Shown here: positions 8,423 through 17,442 of the stretch, one piece after another
Numbering within the stretch: position 1 is the first letter of the stretch
Layout of the letters: every line of letters begins with the position of its first letter
NCBI GenBank assembly: GCA_964509485.1
Contig: CAZDXW010000006.1
Span: 1 to 46,433 of the forward strand
Direction: 5' to 3'
DNA: 46,433 nucleotides
Origin: an uncultured Christensenella sp.
GTDB lineage: Bacteria > Bacillota > Clostridia > Christensenellales > CAG-138
The notes under the pieces: generated by a model
What the model was told of the DNA's origin: nothing
The model's database searches: none
What the model saw: the letters and a program-made list of their open reading frames with translations, nothing else
Made by a program: the position numbers and the translations under genes

Positions 8423-9325
8423 TCAAATCCAACGTGTTCCATCGTTCTCTTCAGGATAGATCGTCGCGCGCTTGAGCGGCAGCAGCCGATCCAGCCCCAG
8501 CTCGATGTAGTCGTTCCACATGCGAAAATCGTGGTCATACCCCTGCGCGCAGATATACTCAACGTCAAAATCCATCTCTTTGAGGATTCTCACGTCGTTC
8601 TCCATCCGCGCGCGAATGAACTCCTCGCTGCCGCAGGCAAGCACAAACCGGCAATCCGGCAGGCCGTTTGCGCGGTTCGTTCGGGCAACCTGCGCCAGAT
8701 CAAACTCGGAACCAACGACGGTTTCCGCCGCGCCAAAGGTCATACCATAGAGCGGAAATCCATTCTGAAAATGATCCGACTCCAACTCACGTTTCAGCGT
8801 TTCCGCGTCCAGCGTCATCCCGATTCCGCCAGAGATGTCCATGCAGACGCTGTAGCGATCCGGCCACGTGATCGCGGCGGCGAGCGCAGCGTTTCCACCC
8901 ATCGCGTAGCCCATGATGAAGTTGTCCTCGCGGCGGCTCGAGGAGGCAAACAGCGTTTGAACCACCGTTGGCAGCTCCTCCGTCACAAACGTCAGATACG
9001 GCACCCCGTAGCGCGTGTTCGCGCCAAAGCTGTTGGCAATGTTCGGGGTAACGAGCATCACGCGGTTTCGCTGCGCAAAGGCTTCCGCATTCGTGTAGCG
9101 GTAGGTCAGCGTGTCGTCGTCCCCGCCGCCGTGCAGCAGATACACGGTTTGAAACTTCATGCCCGGCGCGTATTCATCCGGCTTCTCGCGCAGCACCAGT
9201 TGGTGCGAGCGGTTTTTGAGCGCGGGCGTTTCTGGGCAGCGGAAGGTGTCCGTCGGATACACGATTGTGATGTCAACGTAGTGCCCCAGCACCTCGCTGC
9301 GGTAGTTGAACCGTAGTTTCCCCAT
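8423..9325 (-). CDS. Esterase-D/'putative esterase' family (PF00756-like) protein with Ala in place of the nucleophile Ser
   Basis: 300 aa, RBS GAGGAG. It aligns by eye with the paralog at 20629-21465: REDNFIMGYAMGG versus REDNFIAGLSMGG (Ser->Ala), and ACGSEEF versus ACGQEDT (Asp->Glu). HGGGDD and the C-terminal His (YDHDF) are retained. No signal peptide. Confidence 0.8.
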   Translation of the reverse strand: MGKLRFNYRSEVLGHYVDITIVYPTDTFRCPETPALKNRSHQLVLREKPDEYAPGMKFQTVYLLHGGGDDDTLTYRYTNAEAFAQRNRVMLVTPNIANSFGANTRYGVPYLTFVTEELPTVVQTLFASSSRREDNFIMGYAMGGNAALAAAITWPDRYSVCMDISGGIGMTLDAETLKRELESDHFQNGFPLYGMTFGAAETVVGSEFDLAQVARTNRANGLPDCRFVLACGSEEFIRARMENDVRILKEMDFDVEYICAQGYDHDFRMWNDYIELGLDRLLPLKRATIYPEENDGTRWI

Positions 9326-9358
9326 GGCGTCTCCTCTAACTCTTTGTCTCTACGCCGA

Positions 9359-10996
9359 TCATTCTGGCTGAACGCGTTCCAGCGAGCCGTCTGGCAGCCG
9401 ACGGAATTGCTTGACGTAATTCCAGCCGAGCCACGCCTCCTCCGGATTGCAGTCGTGCCCCTTTCCGTCCGCGAGCGAATAGTTGTAGAGATTCTGCGGT
9501 TTCGCGTCGTTCGAGAAGAACCGGTGCGTCGTGTACTTGCGCTTGGGGTAGCGCGGATTCGGATGATACTCCTCCACCACGTCCCCGACAACGCCGACGC
9601 CGCAGCTCGCGGGCCGATCGATGTATGGCGTTTCCTTGCAGGTGATGTTGTTGTAGGACTTCCAGAAGTCATATTGCACCTGCTGGCCGCTGCCGCGCAC
9701 CGCCGGATACTCATAGTCCCGCGTACCGTAGGTATACCAAACCGGCATGCGAAAATCGTAGTCCAGCTTCTTTTTCCAGGCGATGGCAAAGGGCTTTGTG
9801 TTTCGATTCTGGCAAAAACGCGTGTTATCCGCAACAACCGCGGCAATGATTTCCGGGTTCGTCATTGCAAACACCTGCGACATCGCGGAGCCGTTCGAGA
9901 ACCCGCCGATGTAGACGCGCGTGTCGTCCACGGCGTAGGTCTGCTTCATGTAGGTGATCAGCGCATACAGGTAAGCGACGTCGTCCGGCTGCTCCGGCAC
10001 CATGTCCTGGTTCCAGCCCCATCGCGCGGTTGCCCACGGATAGACGAGCAGGAACCCTTCCTTCTCGGCGATTTCATGCATCTTGATCGTGTTGCAGATG
10101 TTGCCCGGCGTGTCCGCCCCGCCGTGCTGAAAGAGCATCAGCGCAACGGGTTTGCCTGGATTCTCCTTCACGCAGGTCGGAACGTATTCAAACCACGTGT
10201 GCGCAACGCCGCCGTTGTCGCCGAGCCGCGTATCGTCCTCGTGCACGATGAAACGGTAGTCGTCCCGCACGGTTCGCGGCCCCATGTCGCCATATTCGCA
10301 GGAGTTCGGGCGGCATACCTTCGAAAAAAGGTGCTCCCAACCGTAGCGAACAACCGCGGGAGTCAGCTCGTTTGGTTGACCTTGCAACGTTTCTACAAAC
10401 TGCGCGTTGTTATAACTGCAATAGGCGTGCTCTGCCGTACCCGCGTCCACCGCGTTGATCCGCCGGAAAAACGCGTTGCTCGCTTCGTCCGAATTCCAGA
10501 GAATCGCGGAAACGGCTGCGTTCACACTTTGTTCCTCCGCCTTCGGCGCGAGTTTCCCGCCGAGCGTAAATACGCCCGCAACATTCACCGGATTGCAGGC
10601 GGCGAGCGCATGCAACAGGGAACCGCCCGTGCCGCTGCCGATAAAATACCGCGCGTTGTGCATGTTGTGGTAGATGCCGCAGTCGACAAACCCCTCCTGA
10701 TGGTTAAACAGACGAACGAGTTCTGCGATATCGTTTAAATCGTCGCGCTGCTCCGGGTCAAGCGTCCAGTTCCAGCCGCCGTCGAGTGGGTTCGGAAACA
10801 GCAGCAGAAAGCGCTGTTGATCCGCCAGTTCGCAGAAGCTCGCGTCGGCAAGCAGCGCGCGCGCCGGTTGTTCGCCGCCCTGATCGGTCAGCACTGTAAT
10901 CAGGGTGTTCTCATAGCAGCTCAAGCGCTCCCCCGCGGGATAGAGCACATACATGCTCCTCCCCAGTTCGGGATATTCCAAAAATTCCAGTCTCAT
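9359..10996 (-). CDS. Two-module PHB-depolymerase/LpqC-like (CE1-type) esterase; the N-terminal module is degenerate
   Basis: Start trimmed to ATG 10996 (MRLEFLEYPE...; GGAG RBS; 17 nt after the upstream stop). The C-terminal module has LMLFQHGG and the nucleophile elbow YIGGFSNGSAM. The N-terminal module has the equivalent stretch YFIGSGTGGSLL, with Thr at the Ser position and the first Gly lost. No signal peptide. Confidence 0.7.
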   Translation of the reverse strand: MRLEFLEYPELGRSMYVLYPAGERLSCYENTLITVLTDQGGEQPARALLADASFCELADQQRFLLLFPNPLDGGWNWTLDPEQRDDLNDIAELVRLFNHQEGFVDCGIYHNMHNARYFIGSGTGGSLLHALAACNPVNVAGVFTLGGKLAPKAEEQSVNAAVSAILWNSDEASNAFFRRINAVDAGTAEHAYCSYNNAQFVETLQGQPNELTPAVVRYGWEHLFSKVCRPNSCEYGDMGPRTVRDDYRFIVHEDDTRLGDNGGVAHTWFEYVPTCVKENPGKPVALMLFQHGGADTPGNICNTIKMHEIAEKEGFLLVYPWATARWGWNQDMVPEQPDDVAYLYALITYMKQTYAVDDTRVYIGGFSNGSAMSQVFAMTNPEIIAAVVADNTRFCQNRNTKPFAIAWKKKLDYDFRMPVWYTYGTRDYEYPAVRGSGQQVQYDFWKSYNNITCKETPYIDRPASCGVGVVGDVVEEYHPNPRYPKRKYTTHRFFSNDAKPQNLYNYSLADGKGHDCNPEEAWLGWNYVKQFRRLPDGSLERVQPE

Positions 10997-11012
10997 TTGA
11001 ATGCTCCGTTTC

Positions 11013-12182
11013 TCAGTTTTCCATCGCTTCGTAGGCCAAATCCCGAATGGTCGGGTGAATTTCGTTGTACGCGGCAATCATGCCGACGATTTCATGCGTG
11101 TAGAAAATGCTCACGTGATTCTTTGGGTCGATCAACGCGTATCCGCCCGCTGCCCCGTCCCAACCGAACTCGCCGACGGGGCTCTTCGCGCAGTTGGCGT
11201 CCACCAGTGTGCGCACGCCGAGGCCGTAGCCGTAGCCGATCTTGCCCGTCTTGTGAAAGTCCTTTAGCTGCTGTTCGTTCAGCCGGTTCTGCTGCATCGC
11301 GGCAATCGACTCCGGCCGCAGAATCCTTAGTCCGCTCGCGCCGACGCCGCCGTTTGCCAGCGCGTCCAGCACGAGGCTGTAGGAATCCACCGTACAGGTC
11401 AGCCCCGCGCCGCCGCTGTCGTGGCGGTCGGAGAGGCGAAAGATCATGTCGCTGTTCGGCGAAATCACGCCCGTTTGAAAGTCCATTCGATATTGCGCGC
11501 TCAGGCGGCTTTTCTCGCTTTCCGGCGTGTGAAAATACATGTCCGTCGCGCCGAGCGGATCAAACAGATGCCGCTTCACGTGCTGGGCAAACGGCTCCCC
11601 GCCGATGAGCTCCACCACCGCCGCGAGCACGTCGTGCCCCAAGCCATAGGAAAAGCGCGTTCCCGGTTCGGCAATGAGCGGCATTGCGGCAATCGCCTTA
11701 ACCACCTCGCGCGTCGTAGCCTGGTTTCCGCTTTCCTGCTGAATCTTTCGAATCGGCTCGGAGAACACGTCGTAGGAAAGCCCCGCCGTCATGGACATCA
11801 GCTCGTGAATGTGAATCGGGTGTTTCGCCGGTGCTAGCGGCGAGGCCAGCGTCGGCCAGGCAAACGGCCACTCGCCAATGCGAAAGTCCGTCGCCACCAT
11901 CATGTTCGCATACTCCGGCAGGTAATCCGAAAGCAGATCGTCGAGTCCCAGCCTGCCTTGCTCCACGAGCTGCATCACCGCGGCCATCGTAACAATCTTC
12001 GTGCAGGAATACACGTCGTATAAATCACGTTCGGAAACGGGTTTGGTCAGCGCATAGTCGCTATAGCCGGTCATGTACCGGTAGACCGGTTCGTGCTCAC
12101 GCAGGATCTTGCAGTCCAGCCCGTGCACGCCGTAGCGCGCTTCCAATGTATTGAGGTACTCGGTCAATTTCGAAAAGTTCAT
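11013..12182 (-). CDS. Beta-lactamase-fold serine hydrolase (family VIII esterase / EstB-like)
   Basis: 389 aa. S-x-x-K motif in DLYDVYSCTKIVTMAAVMQLVEQGRLGLDD, typical of the class C beta-lactamase/DD-peptidase fold. No signal peptide. RBS GGGAGAG. Confidence 0.85.
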   Translation of the reverse strand: MNFSKLTEYLNTLEARYGVHGLDCKILREHEPVYRYMTGYSDYALTKPVSERDLYDVYSCTKIVTMAAVMQLVEQGRLGLDDLLSDYLPEYANMMVATDFRIGEWPFAWPTLASPLAPAKHPIHIHELMSMTAGLSYDVFSEPIRKIQQESGNQATTREVVKAIAAMPLIAEPGTRFSYGLGHDVLAAVVELIGGEPFAQHVKRHLFDPLGATDMYFHTPESEKSRLSAQYRMDFQTGVISPNSDMIFRLSDRHDSGGAGLTCTVDSYSLVLDALANGGVGASGLRILRPESIAAMQQNRLNEQQLKDFHKTGKIGYGYGLGVRTLVDANCAKSPVGEFGWDGAAGGYALIDPKNHVSIFYTHEIVGMIAAYNEIHPTIRDLAYEAMEN

Positions 12183-12194
12183 AGGGCTCTCCCG

Positions 12195-13298
12195 TCAGGC
12201 ATTTTTACGATGTGAAATCATCCAATCCAGAATACCATATTCGTTGTGCAGCACAAGCACCCAGCTGTTGTGATTGGCTCCGCGAATCTCCCGCTCGGTG
12301 AGGTTCGGCGAAGCGACAATGCCATATTGCTCCAGCTCCTCCGGCGTAAAGAGCGTGTATTTCATGTCCTTTCGCCCCTGCTCCCAGAGTTTGGTCAGCG
12401 CGCGGAGGATATACGCGTGCCTGCCCGCCTGATGGTCGATGTACGCGGTCGCGATATACGCGGGCACGTTCGGCCAGTTTTCGAGCAGCGGGTAGCTGTC
12501 CCCGTTCATGCTCGGGCAAATCGGTACCGCCGCGGCGAACAGATCCGGCGCGGAAGAAACCGTCGTAATGACGCCCGCCCCGCCCATGCTCATGCCAATC
12601 ACGTAGACGCGGCTCGCATCCACCATTCCTTTTACGATCATCTTGCGAATCAGGTCGCAAACCCGGCCCACGTAATCCCGGTTCCAGCCGCGATCGCCAA
12701 GACCGATGCACGTCTCGGCGCCAATGCATACCCTGAATGGGTCGCCCTTGGCCATCATACGCGCAAACATCTGCTGCATGTCGAGCCCATTGTCCGGCGC
12801 CTGCGGAGCCAACACATACATATCCGGAAAGCGCTTTACGAGGCTGATTGCCCCGATCGTGCCCGTGAGTTGCAGCAGATTGTCCGTTCCGCACTCGCCG
12901 CCGCCATGCAGAAACAGAATCAGCGGACGTGGCGAATTCGCCTTGGTTTCATAGAGGCGATAGATCACGTCGCCCTCGCTGTATTTGGAAAACAGCGCCT
13001 CGTCCCGAACGACGACTTCGCCGATCTCCGCCTTGGTGATCGCTTGCCCTGCCACTTCCACCCGGAATTCCGCGCGGTAGAGGAACGGGTCAAACACGAT
13101 CCGCGTTTCTCCGCCCTCCTGCGTAACGGAAGTTACGCCCAAATTCGGAATCGTCGTGCAGCAGTCGGTGTAGGCGTTGGTCAGCGTGATTTCCTCTTTG
13201 GACACCGGCTTATCCAGCCCCGTGATGCGGATTTCTTCCACCATCTGGCCAAAATCGCCAATGAACGTATAGGCGGTGATTGCATTGTATTTGCTCAT
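12195..13298 (-). CDS. Alpha/beta hydrolase (carboxylesterase / predicted-peptidase type) with an N-terminal ~100-aa beta-rich domain
   Basis: Start trimmed to ATG 13298 (MSKYNAITAY...; RBS GGAGGAG). PLILFLHGGGECGTDN and nucleophile elbow VYVIGMSMGGAG. No signal peptide. Confidence 0.75.
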   Translation of the reverse strand: MSKYNAITAYTFIGDFGQMVEEIRITGLDKPVSKEEITLTNAYTDCCTTIPNLGVTSVTQEGGETRIVFDPFLYRAEFRVEVAGQAITKAEIGEVVVRDEALFSKYSEGDVIYRLYETKANSPRPLILFLHGGGECGTDNLLQLTGTIGAISLVKRFPDMYVLAPQAPDNGLDMQQMFARMMAKGDPFRVCIGAETCIGLGDRGWNRDYVGRVCDLIRKMIVKGMVDASRVYVIGMSMGGAGVITTVSSAPDLFAAAVPICPSMNGDSYPLLENWPNVPAYIATAYIDHQAGRHAYILRALTKLWEQGRKDMKYTLFTPEELEQYGIVASPNLTEREIRGANHNSWVLVLHNEYGILDWMISHRKNA

Positions 13299-13354
13299 TC
13301 TCTTCTCCTCCGATCGGTAAAATCCAATGAATAATGTTTGTAACGGAATCGCGA

Positions 13355-14842
13355 TTATTGTTCCAGCAGCATATCCTGAATCAGCCAGGATAGATACCGC
13401 GAAATCTCCGCGTAATGGTCGGTCACGTAGAGCACGCCGTCGTACTCGGACACTTGCAGGTTCATCGCAAACCGGCAGAACCACTCCATCGAAATATAGA
13501 GCCTGCCTTCGCGAAAAATCGCTTCGCAGAGCATCTGCTCCACGCGGTTGTCCGCCACGCAGCCGATGCACCCCTCGGCAAACTGAAATGTCCGCCCGTC
13601 AAAGAGCGTCAGCCGCGCCGCCTTACCCGCATGCAACGTTTCCAGCTCCGCCTGGAATACCCCCGCCAGAAAGTCCAGCGGCACGCAGAGGTAGCTTCCG
13701 CGGACGATCTCTCCGCCGTTGAGACCGTGGTATTTCAGCTTGTCCCAGCGGAGTGTCTTTGCCCCCATGGGAACAATCCGGTTGTTCACCCAAGCGCTTT
13801 TCGCGCCTTCGCAGACGGCAATCGCGAACGAGTCGCCCTCCCGCTTCCGCAGCGGGATCGTGTGTTCCAGCGTGCCGTCCTCGCGCTTTCGCACGCCGGA
13901 GAACAGATAGTCCCAAACCAGCTCGGCGTCGTCAAACGTCTGCCCGTGGTCGCGGTTCTTGCCGTCCATCAAAACGACGTTTGCCTTGTTTCCCGCAAAG
14001 AACGCAAAGCCCTTCTCACCGCGAATGCAGATCTGCGGCAGTTCTTGCGCCTCGTTGACCGCGCGCCAGTAGTCGAGATTCGCGCGCACCACACTGCGGT
14101 CGTCCGCGCCGTAGTGGTAGGGTGTTTTGTCGTGTTCCAATCGGGACTGCCAGTTGTCCAGCGCGCCGCCCTTATTGATGACGCTTCCGTCGGGCGCAAA
14201 CAACAGCTTCGGGTTCGTCGGGCAGCCGGACCCCGCCGTCGCGGCAAAGTATTTGCCGCAATAGCGCGCAACCTGGCTCGTCATGCAGTCCCCCATGGAC
14301 ATGCCCTGCATGTACACGCGACCCTTGTCAACGTTGTAGCGCTGTTTCATGCGCTCCAGCAGCGCGAGCACGAGCTTTACGTCGTGAAACTCCTCTACGG
14401 TTCCCGTCGGGCGGTTGAGCGAAGGAATGCCCGGCGGCGCGGGTTTCGTCACCTCGTCCAGCGTCTCGGGGTCACACTCGATCATCCACATGCGTTTGTC
14501 GTGCGCGTTTGGAAACACGCAAATGAATCCCTCGCGGTCAGCCACCAACGACCAGGAGGTGTAGATGCACTGCCCCCAGCCGGTCATCAGTCCGCCGTGC
14601 ATGGAGAAGACAAGCGGCGTCGGTTTGCCGGGATCGTAGCTTTCCGGTACGTATTCGTACCAAACGTCCTCCAGCCCGTCGTCCGTAATCTGCCCGCGGT
14701 GCTCCGTCAGGCGCTTCGGGTAAACCTGCGAGTTGTTGCCGTTTTCGTTGACCACCATGTCGCTGCCATAGATCGCCTCTGGCAGGTAGTCGCGGTTTGC
14801 ATCGTTTGGCATGCCTGCCAATACGGAAATCTTGCCTTGCAT
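13355..14842 (-). CDS. PHB-depolymerase-family (LpqC/CE1-like) esterase, paralog A, with a ~170-aa C-terminal extra domain
   Basis: Start trimmed to ATG 14842 (MQGKISVLAGMPNDANRDYLPEAIYGSDMVVNENGNNSQVYPKRL). PLVFSMHGGLMTGWG and the elbow VYMQGMSMGDCM. The C-terminal region (RWDKLKYHGLNGGEIVRGSYLCVPLDFL...LYVTDHY) looks like a copper-amine-oxidase-N-terminal 'stalk'-type domain; that part is low confidence. Confidence 0.75.
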   Translation of the reverse strand: MQGKISVLAGMPNDANRDYLPEAIYGSDMVVNENGNNSQVYPKRLTEHRGQITDDGLEDVWYEYVPESYDPGKPTPLVFSMHGGLMTGWGQCIYTSWSLVADREGFICVFPNAHDKRMWMIECDPETLDEVTKPAPPGIPSLNRPTGTVEEFHDVKLVLALLERMKQRYNVDKGRVYMQGMSMGDCMTSQVARYCGKYFAATAGSGCPTNPKLLFAPDGSVINKGGALDNWQSRLEHDKTPYHYGADDRSVVRANLDYWRAVNEAQELPQICIRGEKGFAFFAGNKANVVLMDGKNRDHGQTFDDAELVWDYLFSGVRKREDGTLEHTIPLRKREGDSFAIAVCEGAKSAWVNNRIVPMGAKTLRWDKLKYHGLNGGEIVRGSYLCVPLDFLAGVFQAELETLHAGKAARLTLFDGRTFQFAEGCIGCVADNRVEQMLCEAIFREGRLYISMEWFCRFAMNLQVSEYDGVLYVTDHYAEISRYLSWLIQDMLLEQ

Positions 14843-14852
14843 AGAACCCTTT

Positions 14853-15857
14853 CTATCGCGCGGTGTCGCTCGCTCGCGGTGCGCGGATGCTGGTTGTGCT
14901 CTTTCGTTCAATGTACTCCACCGGCAGCGCGGACCGCTGCGGAACGGGGTTGCCGTTGATGCGCGAAATCAGCAGTTCCACCGCCAGTTGCCCCATCTTC
15001 TGAATCGGCTGCGCAACGGTGGAAAACTCAAACAAGCGGGAGACGTCCAACCCGTCGAACCCGACGAGCGGCAAGCGCTTCCGTTGCGAATCTGGCTGTT
15101 GCAGCAGCATATGCAGAAATCCCGCGGCAATCAGGTCGCCGAGCGCAAACACACCGTCGATCTCCGGATGCTGTTCCATCTGCGCGAGGATCCGCTCTGT
15201 TTCCTCCGGGCCAAAGTTGACGTCGTTTAGAATGCATTCGATGTATTCCATTCCGCGCGAAGTGCATTCCGCGCGGAACCCGTTCTGCCGCTGGTACATC
15301 GCCATGTATTCCGGCACCTCGGTGGTCAGCACGAGAACGTGCCGGCTGCCCGCGCGGTAGAGCGCGTCCGCCGCCAGCACGCCGCCGCCGAAATTGTCCG
15401 CCATAACCGAGGGAACGCCTTCCAGCTCGCGGTCGATGCTGATGATCGGAAAATCGCTCTCGGTATACAGCGAAGCGTCGCCGAGCCGACTGCAAAGCAA
15501 AATGCCGTCCACCTTGTTCGCCTTGAGCAGGCTGACCATCTCCAGCTCCTTCGTGTCGCTGTAGGCGGACTGGCAGAGCATCAGTTTGTAGCCGCTGCGG
15601 CTGCAAGCGCGCTCCACCGCGTCCGTCAAGCGGCTGAAAAACGCGTAGTCGACCACCGGCACCACCAGTCCGATGATGCCGCTCTTCTGCGTTTGCAGCG
15701 CGCGCGCCATCGGGTTTGGCTCGTATCGAAGTTCCGCTATGGCCTCGGCCACGCGCCGCTGCGCCCGAGGGCTAACGATCTCCCGCTGGTTCATATAGCG
15801 GGAGACCGTCGCCGTCGAAACGCCCGCGCGGCGCGCAACATCCTTAATGTTTACCAC
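14853..15857 (-). CDS. LacI family transcriptional regulator
   Basis: 334 aa, GTG start with GGAGG 8 nt upstream. HTH is VNIKDVARRAGVSTATVSRYMNQ...VSPRAQRRVAEAIAELRYEPNPMARAL, followed by a periplasmic-binding-protein-like sugar-binding core. It is embedded between esterase paralogs A and B. Confidence 0.9.
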   Translation of the reverse strand: MVNIKDVARRAGVSTATVSRYMNQREIVSPRAQRRVAEAIAELRYEPNPMARALQTQKSGIIGLVVPVVDYAFFSRLTDAVERACSRSGYKLMLCQSAYSDTKELEMVSLLKANKVDGILLCSRLGDASLYTESDFPIISIDRELEGVPSVMADNFGGGVLAADALYRAGSRHVLVLTTEVPEYMAMYQRQNGFRAECTSRGMEYIECILNDVNFGPEETERILAQMEQHPEIDGVFALGDLIAAGFLHMLLQQPDSQRKRLPLVGFDGLDVSRLFEFSTVAQPIQKMGQLAVELLISRINGNPVPQRSALPVEYIERKSTTSIRAPRASDTAR

Positions 15858-15906
15858 GTAAGCCGCCTCCGCCGCTAATCTGCGGCTGTTTCTAAGCGCA
15901 GGTCGT

Positions 15907-17427
15907 TTACTCCACGGGCTCCTGATCTTTAATCTGCCGAAAATCGCTCGGCATTGGGCAGCCCTTGAGCAGGTCCTTGATCAGATCCGCCAGAAAGATC
16001 GAGAGCTCCGCAAAGTGATCCGTAATGTACACAACCCCGTTGCTCGCGCTGACCTGCAGGTTAAACAGGTACTTGCAGAACCACTCCACGCCAACGAGCA
16101 GCTCGCCGTTTCGATGCAGCGCTTCGCAATACATGCTCCTAAGATCGTTGTCAATCACGCAGCCGATGCTGCCGCGCGCAAACTGAAGCACGCGACCGTC
16201 CTTGAGCGTGACCACGGCGGTCAGCGTGTCGGCGGAAGGCTCATACTTTGCTCCAAACACCTTGCTCAAAAACGACAGCGGCGCGCAGAGATATTCGCCG
16301 CGCACCTTCACGCCGCCGTTGAGTCCGTGGTACTTGAGCTTTTGCCAGCGAACCACCGGCGTGGTCAGATCGCAAACGCGGTTTTCAAACCAGGCGGTTG
16401 AACAACCTTCCGTAAACGCGAGCGCGAACTTGTCCCCCACGCGGGGCAGAATGCTCTCGGTGTGGACAATCGTTCCGTCCTTTTCACGCCGCGTGCCGGA
16501 GAAGAAGTAATCCCAATAAAGGAACGCTTCGTCGAGCGTTTGCCCGTGGTCGCGATTCTTGATGTCGAGGTACACGAGATCCGCCTTCTTGCCTTTGTAG
16601 AACGCAAAGTTGTCCTCGCCAATGACGCTGATCTGCGGAATGGGATCGCACTCGTTGAGCTTCATCCAGTAGAAGCGGTTGTATTTATTGGTCGTATACT
16701 CGCTGTAGTTCTTGCCCGGCGGCGTGCCGTTCTTCTCCGGGCGCGAGTGCCAAACGGGCAGGTGCCCGCCCTGATTCTTGAGGTTGCCCTGCTCGTCGAA
16801 GAGTAAGTTCAGCCGCGAAGGCCCGCCGCTGCCCGCCGCGCCCGCGAGAATGTCGCCATAATAGCGCGCGAACTGATCCGTCATCAGGTTTCCCATGGAC
16901 ATGCCCTGCATGAAGATGCGTCCTTCGTCGATGCTATATTTCTCCTTCATGCGCTCAATGAGCCCGCGCAGGAACTTGAGGTCGTGGTTGTCCCGATAGT
17001 CCTTCGGCACGCTCTGGATCGGCAGGTCGGGCGCGGCGGCGGGGTCAAAGTCGTCAAACACGCCCTCGACAATCCACATCCGCAGCGAATGCGCGTTTGG
17101 AAACACGCAGATGAACCCCTCGCGGTCGGCAACCATCGTCCAGCTCGTGTAGATTGCGTGCCCCCAGCCAGTCATCAGCCCGCCGTGGTTGCCAACCACC
17201 AGCGGCACCTTCTTGGAAGGATCGTAGCTCGCGGGCACGTATTCATACCAAACATCCTCCAACCCGTCGGCAATCACGCCGCGGCACTCGATCAGCCGTT
17301 CGGGATAGGGCTGGGAGTTGTTGCCGTTTTCGTTGACCACCATGTCGCTGCCCTTAATCGCCTCCGGCAGGTAGGTTCTGTTGTCGTCGTCCGGCGTACC
17401 GGCGCGCAGTTTTACTCGAAAATCCAT
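15907..17427 (-). CDS. PHB-depolymerase-family (LpqC/CE1-like) esterase, paralog B
   Basis: The track ORF starts at TTG 17439. I prefer ATG 17427 (MDFRVKLRAGTPDDDNRTYLPEAIKGSDMVVNENGNNSQPYPERL), 5 nt after GGAGG. PLVVGNHGGLMTGWG and the elbow IFMQGMSMGNLM. Same C-terminal domain as paralogs A and C. Confidence 0.75.
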   Translation of the reverse strand: MDFRVKLRAGTPDDDNRTYLPEAIKGSDMVVNENGNNSQPYPERLIECRGVIADGLEDVWYEYVPASYDPSKKVPLVVGNHGGLMTGWGHAIYTSWTMVADREGFICVFPNAHSLRMWIVEGVFDDFDPAAAPDLPIQSVPKDYRDNHDLKFLRGLIERMKEKYSIDEGRIFMQGMSMGNLMTDQFARYYGDILAGAAGSGGPSRLNLLFDEQGNLKNQGGHLPVWHSRPEKNGTPPGKNYSEYTTNKYNRFYWMKLNECDPIPQISVIGEDNFAFYKGKKADLVYLDIKNRDHGQTLDEAFLYWDYFFSGTRREKDGTIVHTESILPRVGDKFALAFTEGCSTAWFENRVCDLTTPVVRWQKLKYHGLNGGVKVRGEYLCAPLSFLSKVFGAKYEPSADTLTAVVTLKDGRVLQFARGSIGCVIDNDLRSMYCEALHRNGELLVGVEWFCKYLFNLQVSASNGVVYITDHFAELSIFLADLIKDLLKGCPMPSDFRQIKDQEPVE

Positions 17428-17442
17428 ATGCTCCTCCAACCG

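Noticed and set aside
11013-12182. Possible antibiotic beta-lactamase. The same question applies to 29880-31394.
   Set aside because: Both have the S-x-x-K fold signature but no signal peptide, and both sit inside esterase/sugar operons. A cytoplasmic family-VIII-type esterase or amidase is much more likely than a secreted beta-lactamase.
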